Source: Klebsormidium nitens (lineage: Eukaryota > Plantae > Klebsormidiophyceae). Taken from it: DNA of 64,000 bases. The position numbers were made by a program, and so were the translations under genes. The first letter of the stretch is position 1; each line of letters begins with the position of its first letter. Below, in pieces: positions 39,734 to 51,126 of the stretch. Under the pieces are notes generated by a model, which made no database searches, had not been told where the DNA came from, and was given only the letters and a program-made list of their open reading frames with translations. The stretch spans positions 124,001 through 188,000 of the forward strand of contig DF237028.1 of the NCBI GenBank assembly GCA_000708835.1. The letters are read 5' to 3'.

Positions 39734-42700
39734 ATGGTGGTTGAGGAGGGAACCGCACCGCCGGCAAAAGCTATGGAGACAGACAAGAAGTTGATTAAGA
39801 AGCCGGTCAATCAGCCCAGGTTTGAGAAGTACGTCGTGCCTATGTCCTTACACGCAGAGAACCGGGCAAAACTTGTGAAGGCCTTGGGCGAGACATTGAG
39901 TGCTGCAGGGAAGGAGAACGGCGTCGTTCTGTTGCAGGTCAGTCGACTTGGTCAGTCAATGTGGTCAGTCTTCAAAAAGTGCGTTCTTACTGCAGTAAGT
40001 GAAGAAGGCAGTGAATCTACTAAGGCATGAACGAACTCCCAATTTGTGAGATCAACAATGTGGAAGCATACTGCCCATATGTATTTGCAAACAGACTTCT
40101 TGCCAAGAGTGGTCAGCTTCTCCATGTTCTTGTCAAAGCAGACCCCACAGTTGGAGTGTCCTCTGGATTTCAGAGGGTGTCTCAAGATCCCTTGACTTTA
40201 GTATGTAGGCTTGTAGAGAAACAATTCAGAGAATGAGGGGCCCAAGAGGCGCTGTCTCATTCCATCGCGTCTCTTCCTCTGCTGCAGGGCGGAGAACAGC
40301 AGACCAGATATGATACCGATCACGAGCCTCTGTTCCGCCAGGAGAGCTACTTTGCCTACCTCTTCGGAGTCACTGAGGCTGGCTTCTATGGAGCTGTGGT
40401 GAGTGCCTGGAGAAGTGTATCAAGGATACGTCTCTGCTTCTCAGTGCAGCCAATGAATCCCAATACTAGAGTAGATCCCGTCAGTAGTAGTCCATCAATT
40501 CATCACACCCAGGATTTGAATGTTGGCTTCTAGTCTAAGTATCCAATGACTGTGTTCCATTGTTGCGCCAGGACGTTGCAACAGGCAAGAGCATTTTGTT
40601 TGCCCCGCGGCTGCCTTCCGAGTACGCCATCTGGATGGGCAAGATCCAGCCCCCACAGCATTTCAAGGTGCGCCCCGTCTGTCTACTGTACTGGTCCGGA
40701 ACACTGTGAAAATAGGGCCCTCGATATGTTTGAGTGGATTTTTGATCACCCTCTTTGAATCGTTCTTTGAATCGGTCTTTGAGGACCCTCCTTGAATTTT
40801 CCTTTCAGCAGCTCATACTGGAGGAATTGTCTCTAGAATTGCCCATTTTGATATTCGATGAAGTCTATTGTCTCTTGTCCAAACAGGCCCGTTGTCGGTC
40901 AATGACAGGTATGGATACAATCTGGTAACCAGCGTAGTTTGTTTTTCCTACATAGCTGCAGGGCGCCCGCTTTTTGCGCGGAGAATGTTTTAAACGTTTG
41001 AAGATTCTCCGATAACTCTCCTGATCAGTAGACTAGCTTTCTTCCTGTACTGCGTACTAATGTATTATCAAGTGTTGTCATGTGCTGTTGGCTGCTTATG
41101 TGACAGACTTCACTTCAAACTTGATCAGAGTTGACCCGTACTCGTCATCTAGAACGTCTCTAATCTTCCTCAGCAAAAGTCTGCGTTTGATTAGTCAGGT
41201 CCGCAAGCCCAGCCAACCAAAGCCCTGGAAAAGTACTTGGAAGCTAGCCTCACAGCAATCCTGACAGAGGTTTTGACTATACCCTGTGATACAGGACAAA
41301 TACGAGGTCGACGAGGCTAAATACGTTGACGAGCTGTCGGCAACGCTGATGGAACTGGGCGGAGAGGGCGGCGCTCCAACCCTGCTGCTGTTGCACGGGA
41401 AGAACAGCGACAGTGGGAGTTGGGCCGCGCCTGCTGAATTTGAGGTAGGTCTCTGACAGGCAAACTTGATCTAGTGGAAGAGAAGTCAACTTCCAGCCTT
41501 GTGATTCACAATTGCTGACAGTTGGTGGTGATTTCTCTTCTTCCTAGTCAACAGTCATTGGGAGATTCACAACCTGAGACGCCTTCTTTGGTCCATGGCC
41601 CTGTTTTCATCACGGTATTGTTTATGATTGAGAAAGCGAGAAAGCTTTGCGGGACAAACTACGGTCATGTCAAAGCTCTTGGCAATCGAGGCACCCCCTC
41701 TTTCACTCCGGCAGAACACTAGAGCGAGCGCTCCAGGCTTTAATCGGTCTCTCTTTCTGGCAGGGCATTGGAAGCTTCCTGGTCGATAAGACGACGCTGT
41801 TCCCCGTCTTGAGCGAGTGCCGCGTCCGTAAGAGCCAAGCGGAGCTGGACCTGTTGAGATATGTTAATAGAGTCAGCACGGCAGCCCACATCGAGGTAGG
41901 CCCAATTCTCAAATCAGTCATTCTAGTCTTGAGCTGCTTGAACGTGCATCTATCGCTGGTCGATACTGGGCAACTTCTGTGGTGGGTCCTTAAATCGAGG
42001 TTCGAAAGAATCTCGCCCACATCTTCCGTCGTCTTTTCAGTACTGTTATCTTGTCAGAAACTTTCACGTGGTAATGTGACGCTCAGATGATTGCTTGGTC
42101 GTAAGCCCCTAGCTTGCTATGTATAGTTCCGTTTACAACGATTTCAGTTATAACACCACTTATTTTGATTGGCAAAGCAAAAAAGAATCACTTATTTGGA
42201 TCAAGCGTAGCCTGCGCAACAAAAAGAAAACGGACAAATCGACCGCGGTCTACTAGACTTGGTCAACGAATGTTTTCCTTGGTTCACCCCCCCGTTACGC
42301 TGCAGGTGATGCGGCGCGTGAAGCCGGGCATGACGGAGTACCAGCTGGAGAGCCTGTTCCAGCACTTTTGCTACTTCGAGGGGGGGTGCCGCCACTGCTC
42401 CTACACGTGCATCTGCGCAAGCGGGGACAACGCGGCCACGCTGCACTACGGCCACGCGGGCGCGCCCAATGACAAGGCGAGCGCGCGCGTATCGCTCTTC
42501 CATGATGGTCCTTCGCCTTCTTCTCTGGTTTTGTCACGGATTGCAGGCTTTGAGCTTTGTTGTGCTGTTGTCGTTCCTGTCAACAATAGAAATAAGTGGT
42601 CGAACATCTTTTGATTTAGAGTGGACCATCGTGCCAGCTGTCAACTTTGTTTCCGCTTCTTTTCTCGTGTCGGAATAGCGGGTGAAAGAGTCGATCACAT

Positions 42701-45700
42701 GGGGCGGCAGTTTCTAGGTTCCAAAAAGCACCGTCCCGCCAATGAAGGGGCTGCAAAGACAACCTTGCTTGTAGGCGTCGAGTTGTTACAGCAAATCTTT
42801 GGCAGCATGATTTGTGATCACACAAAATTTGGGCCGTCGACTCTCCCTGATGTTATCGGGTTACCTTTGACGGGACTCACCCTCCGGTGTGTGAAAGGTT
42901 CATCTCTCAGGGTCGAAGTGTCTCGCTTGCTCGCGTGGCGTTCCGTTTCAGCCATCTGTCGCCTTAAGGACCGTTTTTCGTCACATGTTCTCCCACTCTC
43001 GGACGGTCGTAAAGCTTCGCTTCTTTCTTCGACTCCATTCCGACTGCCACTTCGGTTGATTAAAACCCTTCTTAGTGCTCAAGGCGTGTCTCTTCGATGT
43101 TGTCAGGCTGTCTCTGATTGTTTTCTCCCAGTCTTGCTTTTGACCGCAAACCTGGTCAGGCTATCTCTGACGGTCCTAGAATATTTCGTCTTTTGTCCGC
43201 AGATCCTTTCGGACGGCGACCTGATCCTGCTGGACATGGGTGCGGAGTACCACTGCTATGCGTCCGACATCACGTGCACCTACCCCGTCAACGGCAAGTT
43301 TACGGAGGGACAGGAGACCGTGTACAATGTGAGCACAGCATGTGGCTTGTTTCGGACTTGAAGATCTTTTCGTCCAATGCGGTCAGAAAAGCTGGCTGAA
43401 GATCAACTCAGATAAAGGCTTTTCTTTCTTTGGCGGAAAGGGTCAATCTTGATCAGGTGCGTTGCGCTTCTTCTGAGGGGATGCGATGCGGGGTCTCGAT
43501 ATTTTTCCCGAAGCTAGAGAACCAGGGCAAGACCTACTCCTCAGGTTGGCGGCTACCCAAACTCTGGGAGGTAGTAAGGGTGGCGTCGGGAAGTGCTTGT
43601 GGAAGAGGATGGGCAAGGAAAGCCAGCTCAAGTCGTCTCATCCAAAGTCCGGCAACTTCTCTTACACGAAGGCCGGCTAATAAGCTAAGTGCAAGCTGTT
43701 ATAGTGATGAGCTTTGTGTTTTAAAACTTTAGCAAGCATGCAGCATGACCCGATAGCGTCGGAAGTCTCCACCTCGGTAGAGGCTTGGGCGCGTTGAGCT
43801 GCCCAGAGGAAACAGTCGTTACAGCCACAATCTGTAGAATCTATTTTAAGAAGGCTTGGATGAGGTGTATAATCGTCTTACGTCTGAGTGTGGTAATAAA
43901 ACACCAGGCGTCTTTAGGAGATACCTCCTGCTGGGGGCAGGAAGTAAGGAACGTCGACTTCTTTTCACCTATTTTCATCAGTCGGTGCCGGACTGTCGAC
44001 GTGTCAAGTCCCTTTCGCCAAATTGCCCTTGTATCGTGCCAATCGCCCCGCCGACCTAGCTCAGAGTCTCTTATCTTGCTTGTGTATCTCTTGGCGGGTT
44101 CTATCCCGAGCATCTTATCGTGCTGACGTAACTCCGGCCGGCACTCCCGTTGAGCGTCTTCTCACACTGATGCCGCATGTGCACAAAGCGTCTGACTTTG
44201 TATCAATGTAACTTCTGACCGGCGCTGCCCAAAGCCTCTTTTTGTACGTGTGTATTTCTCGGCCAACTGTGCTGAAGCGTCTTACCGTGCTGACATGTCT
44301 CCTTACCGACTGCCCAGAGCCTCTTGCTGTGCTGACGTAGTTGCCGACCGGCTCTGCCTGAAGCATCTTACCGCGCTGATGCATCTCGCGTCCAACTCCG
44401 CTTGAAGCGAATTTGTGTGCTGACGTAAGTCCCGGCCGACTGTGTCCAGAGCGTGCTGGCCGCCAGCGAAGCGGTGATGGAGGCCATGAAGCCGGGCGTG
44501 GCGTGGCCCGACCTGCACCGCCTGGCAGAGCGCCGCATCCTGGAAGGCCTCGTCGAGGGGGGTGTCCTCATCGGGTGAGACTCTCCCCAACTGAGCGAGT
44601 TACCTCCCAGCAAGTCGATCACCTCTCAATGAAAGGGGTAACTCTCAACAAGTGGGTGACGTCTTCTTAAGTCGTTTTTATCAATATGTGGGTTACCTCT
44701 TGTTAGTCGATTACCGCCCAACAAGTGGGTAACCTCCCGACAATCCAATCACCTCCCGGAATTGGGTTACCTCCTCTCTTCCATAGACATCCCTGTCTCC
44801 TCCGCCATGCCCGGAGGTTTCTAGCATTTAGAATTCCTTGACCGGATGTTAACAATGACATGGCTCGCAGTTTGTGCTTCGCGCTTTGCAAAGCCACCCA
44901 AGAATTTCCGGAGACCCGTCCGTGTTGCGACCTTCCAACATCTTGGAAGACGACAATAACAGGTTCTCAACACGTCTCTTGTAGTGTTGAGCACCCTTGT
45001 CTGCTCCTGTTTGTGCTGCCTCATCAGCGCCTCACTGCGCGATCACTGTTTCAACCTGAGTTGATTTATCCGTGCTTTTTCTGCAGGTCCGTGGACGAGA
45101 TGCTGGAAGCGGACTTGGGTGCGGTGTTTATGCCACACGGGCTCGGGCACTTCATGGGGCTCGACACGCATGACGTGGGCGGCTACCCAGAGGTACGTCA
45201 TCAGAGGGCCACAGCCCAACACAAGGTCTTAGAGCAGTCCTCAAAGCCTAGAGGAGATCCATGTTTTTCACGCTTCACCGAACCTGGTCGCCTGAATCGC
45301 GAAGGGGAGACTGCGTCAACGAATGATCACCTCGCTTTACGAGCGGGGTCTCTGGACATTGGCCCTAGAAATTAGAGAGCCGGTTAGGCTGTGCTTAAGG
45401 GCTGTCGTTTTGCTACAGAGACACGCTCCGCACATGTTCCTGTGCAAATTTGGATCCTCCGCGTTGGGTTTCAGCCAGAAGACTTGCGCCCCAGTGAACA
45501 ACCACAACTAAAGTGCACATGCGAGGCGTCGTTCGAGCTGCTCTTCCCGTCAGCCTCTGTACGTCTCCGTAAGTAATCAAACCTCGTCGGTTAGCAGATT
45601 TCCCGACGGTTGACGGCGGTATCGATTCAGACTCCGAAGCCGCTTCTGTATCGTTCTGCGCAGGGCGTGAAGCGGTCCGAAAAGCCTGGGCTGCGCAGCC

Positions 45701-47111
45701 TCCGGACAGCACGAACGCTCGAGGAAGGGATGGTAAGGCAACGGGCGCCTCCTGCATTCCTGCTTTGCTGTCCTCTTTCTCAAAGTCTCTTCTGTTTAGC
45801 GTCGCTTCCCGTTCTGGTCGATGCTCTCCCTGGAAGCTTTACGAATCTTAGTGAGCTCAATATTCCGGTTTGACCTGGATGGTTCATCTTTGGTCGAAAG
45901 CTTGCACATTCAGCCTCGATCGAAGACGATAGACAATGCCCTTTCGTCCATTGCCTCTGCTCTAATACTGGGTGCTTGCCGCTTCACATTCCGAGAGCTC
46001 GCTGTGCTCGAGGTGGCACACTGCACACATTGGACATTAAAGGATCAGCTTCAGTGAGAAGACACCAGTCCCAGCAATGTTACCCCCACTCACAGCAGTC
46101 CGCGACTCTGAAACGTGCTTCTGTTTCCCTTTTCACAGCTAAGAAGCTTTCGTATTTGTGCTTCGCTTCGATTCACAGACTTGTTACACGGCAGGTTTCC
46201 TACCGCACGGCACCAGCCGTCGGTTGACAGTAACTGACGATAGCACGAAGAGCGGCCCTCCCTGCAGGATACTGCACGGGTCATTGCAGTGAGGCCGAAT
46301 GCTACTGATAAGTACACCATTACTTGGGTCATCATGGTGGAGCCCGGTTGCTAGTGGAAGTATGATTGACACCAATCTGACACGCGGCATCTGTGCAGGT
46401 CGTCAGCGTGAAACCCAGTTGCTAATGGACGTATTATTCACACCAATGTGACACGTGGACCACGTTGTATCTACGCAGGTCATCACGGTGGAGCCCGGTT
46501 GTTACTTCGTGGAGGCGACCTTGGGCCCCGCGCTGCAAGACCCAGATCGGAGCCGCTTCTTTGTGCTGGAGGAAATCGAGAAACTGAGGGGCTCCGGGGG
46601 GGTCAGAATAGAGGACGATGTGGTGAGGCGTCCCCCCCCCCAAAGTGCCGGCAGTTCAATCCCTTCTTCAGGACCCTGCTTGCCGATGCCCTGGCCACCC
46701 GTTACTGCTGGTGACTGATTAGCGATTTGCAGAAGGAGTGGACATTTCTCCCTAAGGCCTCAACCCAATCCCTCCTTAGCCTTTTACTCTCGTAAAGTCC
46801 TCCAGACCTGTGGCTAAATAATTCAAACTTGCGTTTGAAAATTGACGTCCTCAACCTTGGCTGGAAAGCTTTCGGTTGGATCTCCTGAGCATTGTATACC
46901 TTGATCGTAGCGTCTGCTGAGGTCGGCAGTGCAGGCAGAGCTTAAAGTGACGTTTGTCGCGTTACCAATCATGGATTTCCGTCTACATCGTCTCCATCAG
47001 ATCGTGACTGCGGACGGGTGCGAGAACATGACGGACGTGCCAAGGAAGACGTACGAGATCGAACGGGTCATGGCGGGAGAGTCATGGCCCTTGCCAGTGT
47101 CGCGGGGGTGA
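39734..47111 (+). CDS. PEPD: Xaa-Pro dipeptidase (prolidase, M24B)
   Basis: Twelve exons (39734-39937, 40288-40398, 40572-40667, 41295-41444, 41764-41895, 42306-42476, 43203-43328, 44450-44574, 45087-45192, 45664-45732, 46479-46622, 47001-47111). Motifs [33 protein letters not shown], metal ligands [41 protein letters not shown] and GGVRIEDD. One GC-AG intron. Confidence 0.96.
40752..40797 (+). repeat. 12-bp tandem repeat in a prolidase intron
   Basis: TCTTTGAATCG at 40752 and 40764, with degenerate copies at 40776 and about 40790. Confidence 0.55.
44065..44449 (+). repeat. Degenerate ~44-bp minisatellite (9 units) abutting the 3' splice site of prolidase exon 8
   Basis: Units begin AGC(A/G/C)TCTT at 44065, 44109, 44153, 44187, 44233, 44276, 44318, 44362 and 44406; the exon starts in register at 44450. 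Many units carry GTGCTGAC and CCGGCCGAC. Confidence 0.8.
44593..44778 (+). repeat. Degenerate ~19-bp minisatellite (about 10 units) just downstream of the prolidase exon 8 donor
   Basis: ACCTC-like cores at 44602, 44621, 44640, 44659, 44695, 44713, 44732, 44751 and 44769. AAGTCGATCACC-type and AAGTGGGTTACC-type units roughly alternate. Confidence 0.75.
46280..46505 (+). repeat. Tandem degenerate copies of the intron/exon 11 junction of prolidase
   Basis: The exon 11 start GTCATCACGGTGGAGCCCGGTTG (46479) has upstream copies at 46399, 46328 and 46280. The intronic flank GTAT-ATT-ACACCAAT-TGACACG-GG is duplicated too. Confidence 0.8.
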
Positions 47112-47399
47112 TTTCAAAACATGCTTCGGGTCTCCGTGGAATATGGGTCGGAAACATCCAATTAGCATGCAGCTTATACGGGTAGCCAAGTGTCCGCACT
47201 CCCATTAGGGACTCAAAAGTAGCCGTTGCTTTGTCTGTAAATAACTCACCCGCTAGGCACTTTATTCCACGCAAGATTCAATTTAGGGCGGGTTGGAAAG
47301 GTCCAGCTGGATGCCCGGGTCTGTGAAGGCAGAGACTGGGACGAAGGCCCGAAGAAGGAGGCTCCAATCAAACCGTCAGTAGTTGGTGCGCTTTACCGG

Positions 47400-47900
47400 C
47401 AACAATCTAAAGCTAGGCATGTACATATGTATGAAGCCTTGATCCAATGAGCGCATCGCTAGACATCAGTCACTACCTACTATACAAACAAGCAGGCCAT
47501 CATGATCTCATGGTCACCTAGCTTTGACATACATGTGTGCATTCAATGGCGGCGTTGGCAACATGGATCAAATAGCTCGATCACGTCTGAGGGATCGGGT
47601 AAAATCAATGATATCACACCTATTGAGCTAGTGCCAGCCATGACGTCTGTAGCGCGAAATCGTGAATATAAGTATTGAACGTGGCATGGCCATATGCAAT
47701 TATGTAGCGCAGCTACTCATGGATCCAGATCGACTTGCACGCACGTACAGTACACGCTGCAACGGGCCACACCCTGACGGTATATAACAACTTCAAATTG
47801 AATATACCAGCTCTAGCAAAAAGCGGATTGCAGCTCTGCATACATGTAAGCTAGATCGAAATGTGGTAGTATTGGTGACAACGTTGCTAGTACTAATGAT
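47400..47900. other. Palindrome-rich convergent spacer between prolidase and DUF3067
   Basis: 29 self-complementary 4-mers counted in 47581-47770 (about 12 expected). TACATATGTA at 47422-47431. Confidence 0.65.
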
Positions 47901-48423
47901 CTGTTTTGGACAAAGCGACTTGATCTGCGTAGGAGGCCGCCCCACATGTTGCGAAATTTGCGGCTCAGGTCGACTCAGGCCCAACATCGCATTCTGCAGG
48001 TGCGGTCGTACTGAATTGCTGCGGTTGCACATCATCCTTTCAATTTTGAGCATTAAGTAGCCACTGACACCACACAAACCGACTCAGAATTCTAGATTGG
48101 ACTGACAGCAAGCTCAATAACCTCTGAAGTTTCGGTTACAATAATCTGATGTAGCGCAGCAATCTTTGACCATGGCCCTCAGCTGATGCCATGACGACAC
48201 TCCTTATTGGAGAGCAAAAAGGGGACTCGAGTTTGTTGTCCGACGACCAGAAAGTTACAGTTGACATGTTTGTAAACCTTAACCTACGCAATGTGCTCAA
48301 GCAATCAATGTACATGTACGCCTACATTCTATTGGAGCGTTGAACAGACAGACCTTCCGGACACTACAAGGACACTCTTAAGATTGCTCCATCAAATCGG
48401 CCAAATCGCAATTGACCAGAAAC

Positions 48424-50191
48424 TCAACTTGTGAGCCACTCGTTTCCTCTTGCTCCAAGCAATTCGGGGTCGATCATCAAACTTACCGCCTGCAACAGTA
48501 AGCAACACGTTCTAAGACAATGAGCCACTGGCCACTCCCCCTGTCTCAAAAACCAATGATTGCAATTCGACCGACTCACATGGACAGACTTTTGATGCCC
48601 TTGGCAATGTGCACCTCTTCTCCACATGGTTGGACATCCGCAACAAACCCAAACAAGTATGTATCAGAACAGTCTTGCCCGTTGATAGTTCTTGCACCAA
48701 TTCAGAATGAGCAGATTTTGTAAGGCAGTACGTAGACATACCTTGCCAATCCGAGGTCTTTCGCGAGTGCTCTTCAGCGAATTCTTGACCATTGACACTG
48801 CTCCCCATTCTCGCAGAGTCTCCGCAATGCCATCAAGGCGGTAGATGTACTCGTCCTCAGTCAAGGGGAAGGATCTCTGCAAAGACAACTGTAACTATTA
48901 ACATCTGCTAGGTGCTGCTTTTCTCCGCTGAATGTCAAAGAAACATGAGAAAAACGTTTTCCAGTTGTTGAGGAAAGACACTTGGATCAAGACTTTGACA
49001 AAAGTTTGAATTGAAAGGTCTGAAATCAGAAGTCTGATGTCAAGCATCTCGTGCCTTAGGTCCTGTGCTTACATGTTTGCCAAAGGGAAACAAAAATTGC
49101 CTGCCCTTACCTGCTCTTGATACTTCCACATGATGTTGAGCGCTAACAGCTTCCGACCCATGAAATCCTGCATTGAAAAGGTGAAAACTCAGTTAACCAT
49201 GACAGTACTGCCTTCCTGACAGATATTTGAAAGTACATGTGCTTCCTACCGGGTCACACTTGCAAAATCTGTCGTTTGTGAATATCAATTGGTGGTGAGA
49301 GCTCTGAACATGTTGAAGCAACAATTGTTGTTGAAAACTGTTAACAACCAGATGAGAAGTAAGAGAGGCCCACCTTTTGAATGAAGATGGCATCATAAGA
49401 CTTGCCATACTTCTCCCGAATGAGGTTTGCGAGGTCCGCACCCCGGAAGCTCTGGCTATCATCCTCCAGCATTGCATTTAATCGGTTCCGGAGGTCTTGG
49501 GTGCTACTCTGCACAGGCAAGTTCACCCGATGAGTGCCTGGAACCACAGTTGCTCAGCCACAGAGAAGACAAGAAGCACAACACTTTTGCTGCAAAGAGA
49601 TATACAGTACAGAAACTTGGTGAGGCCCAAGCACTCCTGGTCCTGACGCCTTGTGATTAAAGATACTTAGATATGTTCTCTTGGAGGATTTCCGTAAAGG
49701 TAGGACACTGTCAATGCAGCCAGCTTGCATGCAACAAACCCTGAAAGCAACAACAAAAGAAAGCCAGAAACAACTGCTAAAAGAAACAAGATGAACTATC
49801 TTGCTTAAAAACTAGTCTAAGCAGAGAACCTCTCTTGGACTTGCCCCCCAAAGGATGCCAGATCTTGTCGGTCCCTTACCTGCCCCATATCCCCTTCCTC
49901 ACCATCGTCTTCTGGCCCCAACCCTACAGGGGCAGCCGCAGATCTAACCTTCATGTTCGTCCTTCTGCAGGGCGCCTGCCTCACATTAGGCTGCCAACTC
50001 GTCCCTAGCAACTTCTCGCTGCTGTAGCTGCTGCAGGCAAAGCTGCTGGAAAGCTCTCTGAAGTCGTCCTTACAGAATGGACTTGGGCAAACATAGCCTC
50101 GGAAGCAGGAGGACTTGCCAGCCTGAGCGTTGGGAACCAACTGCAGTGCCCGTGCTGCTGAACCGCGCAGAGCTACTGCTTGAGAAGGCAT
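48424..50191 (-). CDS. DUF3067 family protein (cyanobacterial Alr2454-like), predicted chloroplast-targeted
   Basis: Exons 50191-49880, 49508-49374, 49167-49111, 48876-48742 and 48489-48424. The mature region FRGADLANLIREKYGKSYDAIF..MGRKLLALNIMWKYQEQRSFPLTEDEYIYRLDGIAETLREWG..TRERPRIGKAVSLMID matches my recollection of the family consensus. Ser/Arg/Ala-rich N-terminus. Confidence 0.85.
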
Positions 50192-51126
50192 GCTTGAAAC
50201 CTTGTGACCGTGGGACCCACAAGGTATGCGATGTCGACTGAGATGCTCCCCGACAACCGTGAAGAAGTCTAGGCCAAAGAGTAGTGTCAAATAGGATCAC
50301 ATCCGCTTGCAATCCGAGTGCCTGAAAAAGACAGCTGAAAAATGACTGATGCTTCAGTCCAGCACCTTTCAGTGGCCCCCTCTTAGCTTGATGGAAGGCA
50401 ACTGGTCGGCAGTCAAGTTCACCTGCTCCAAAACCTGTGTTCAACGAGCCGGAGCTCCACACAGCCGAATCTTGCCGCCAGCCCCCCCTCCTGCACTCAG
50501 CCAGGAACTAAAAGCAGCAGCTCTCCTGCTGTTGTGGGCACCCTGAAGGCTGAGTGAAACCTGGTGAAAGACGCAATGCTCAGCATTGACGCACGGTGTG
50601 CTGAAGGACACGTCACGGGAGGTGGCCTTCGAACTAGAGCGAGACGTCAGCGGCAAATTAAACGCATGTGCTTTCCATGCATTCAAGTTGATCGAGTTTG
50701 CCAATCCCTGGGCCTCAGTTCTGACCGGTTGTTAAACTTCTGTGTATTGGATTTCGAACCGTTCGATGCGATCGGCTGGGACACTCCGACGTCATCGACG
50801 ACAGAAATTTAGAGACATTATTTGGAGGGCAGCTTCAAGTTCAAGTTCTGAGGACTTATATAGGACTTCTTGGAAGTTCGATTGGCAGATTGCATATGCA
50901 TATATGTATGGCGTCAGCTGAATGCAAGCTTGCCGCAACTTCCATTGCCAACTTGAGGGAGAGACGCTGGAGCGAGCCTGGAGGGCCTTGATCTGCGCTT
51001 TCAGTTTCCCTATTCTCTGTTGCCGGCCTCTTTGTTAGAGTTCCTGCAGCTGGGTTGGAAGCTTTGATTCGCAGGGCGTGGGCGCAGTAAGATTGTATGT
51101 AGAACTGCAGGGGCCGGGATCTCGCC

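Noticed and set aside
44065-44778. Regularly spaced repeats considered as a CRISPR array
   Set aside because: The units are degenerate along their whole length with no unique spacers, lie in a spliceosomal intron, and have no cas genes nearby.
47863-48060. ORF resembling a signal peptide plus Cys-rich peptide, downstream of a TATA-like motif
   Set aside because: It starts at GTG; the adjacent ATG (47861) is followed by TGG TAG. No usable eukaryotic start.
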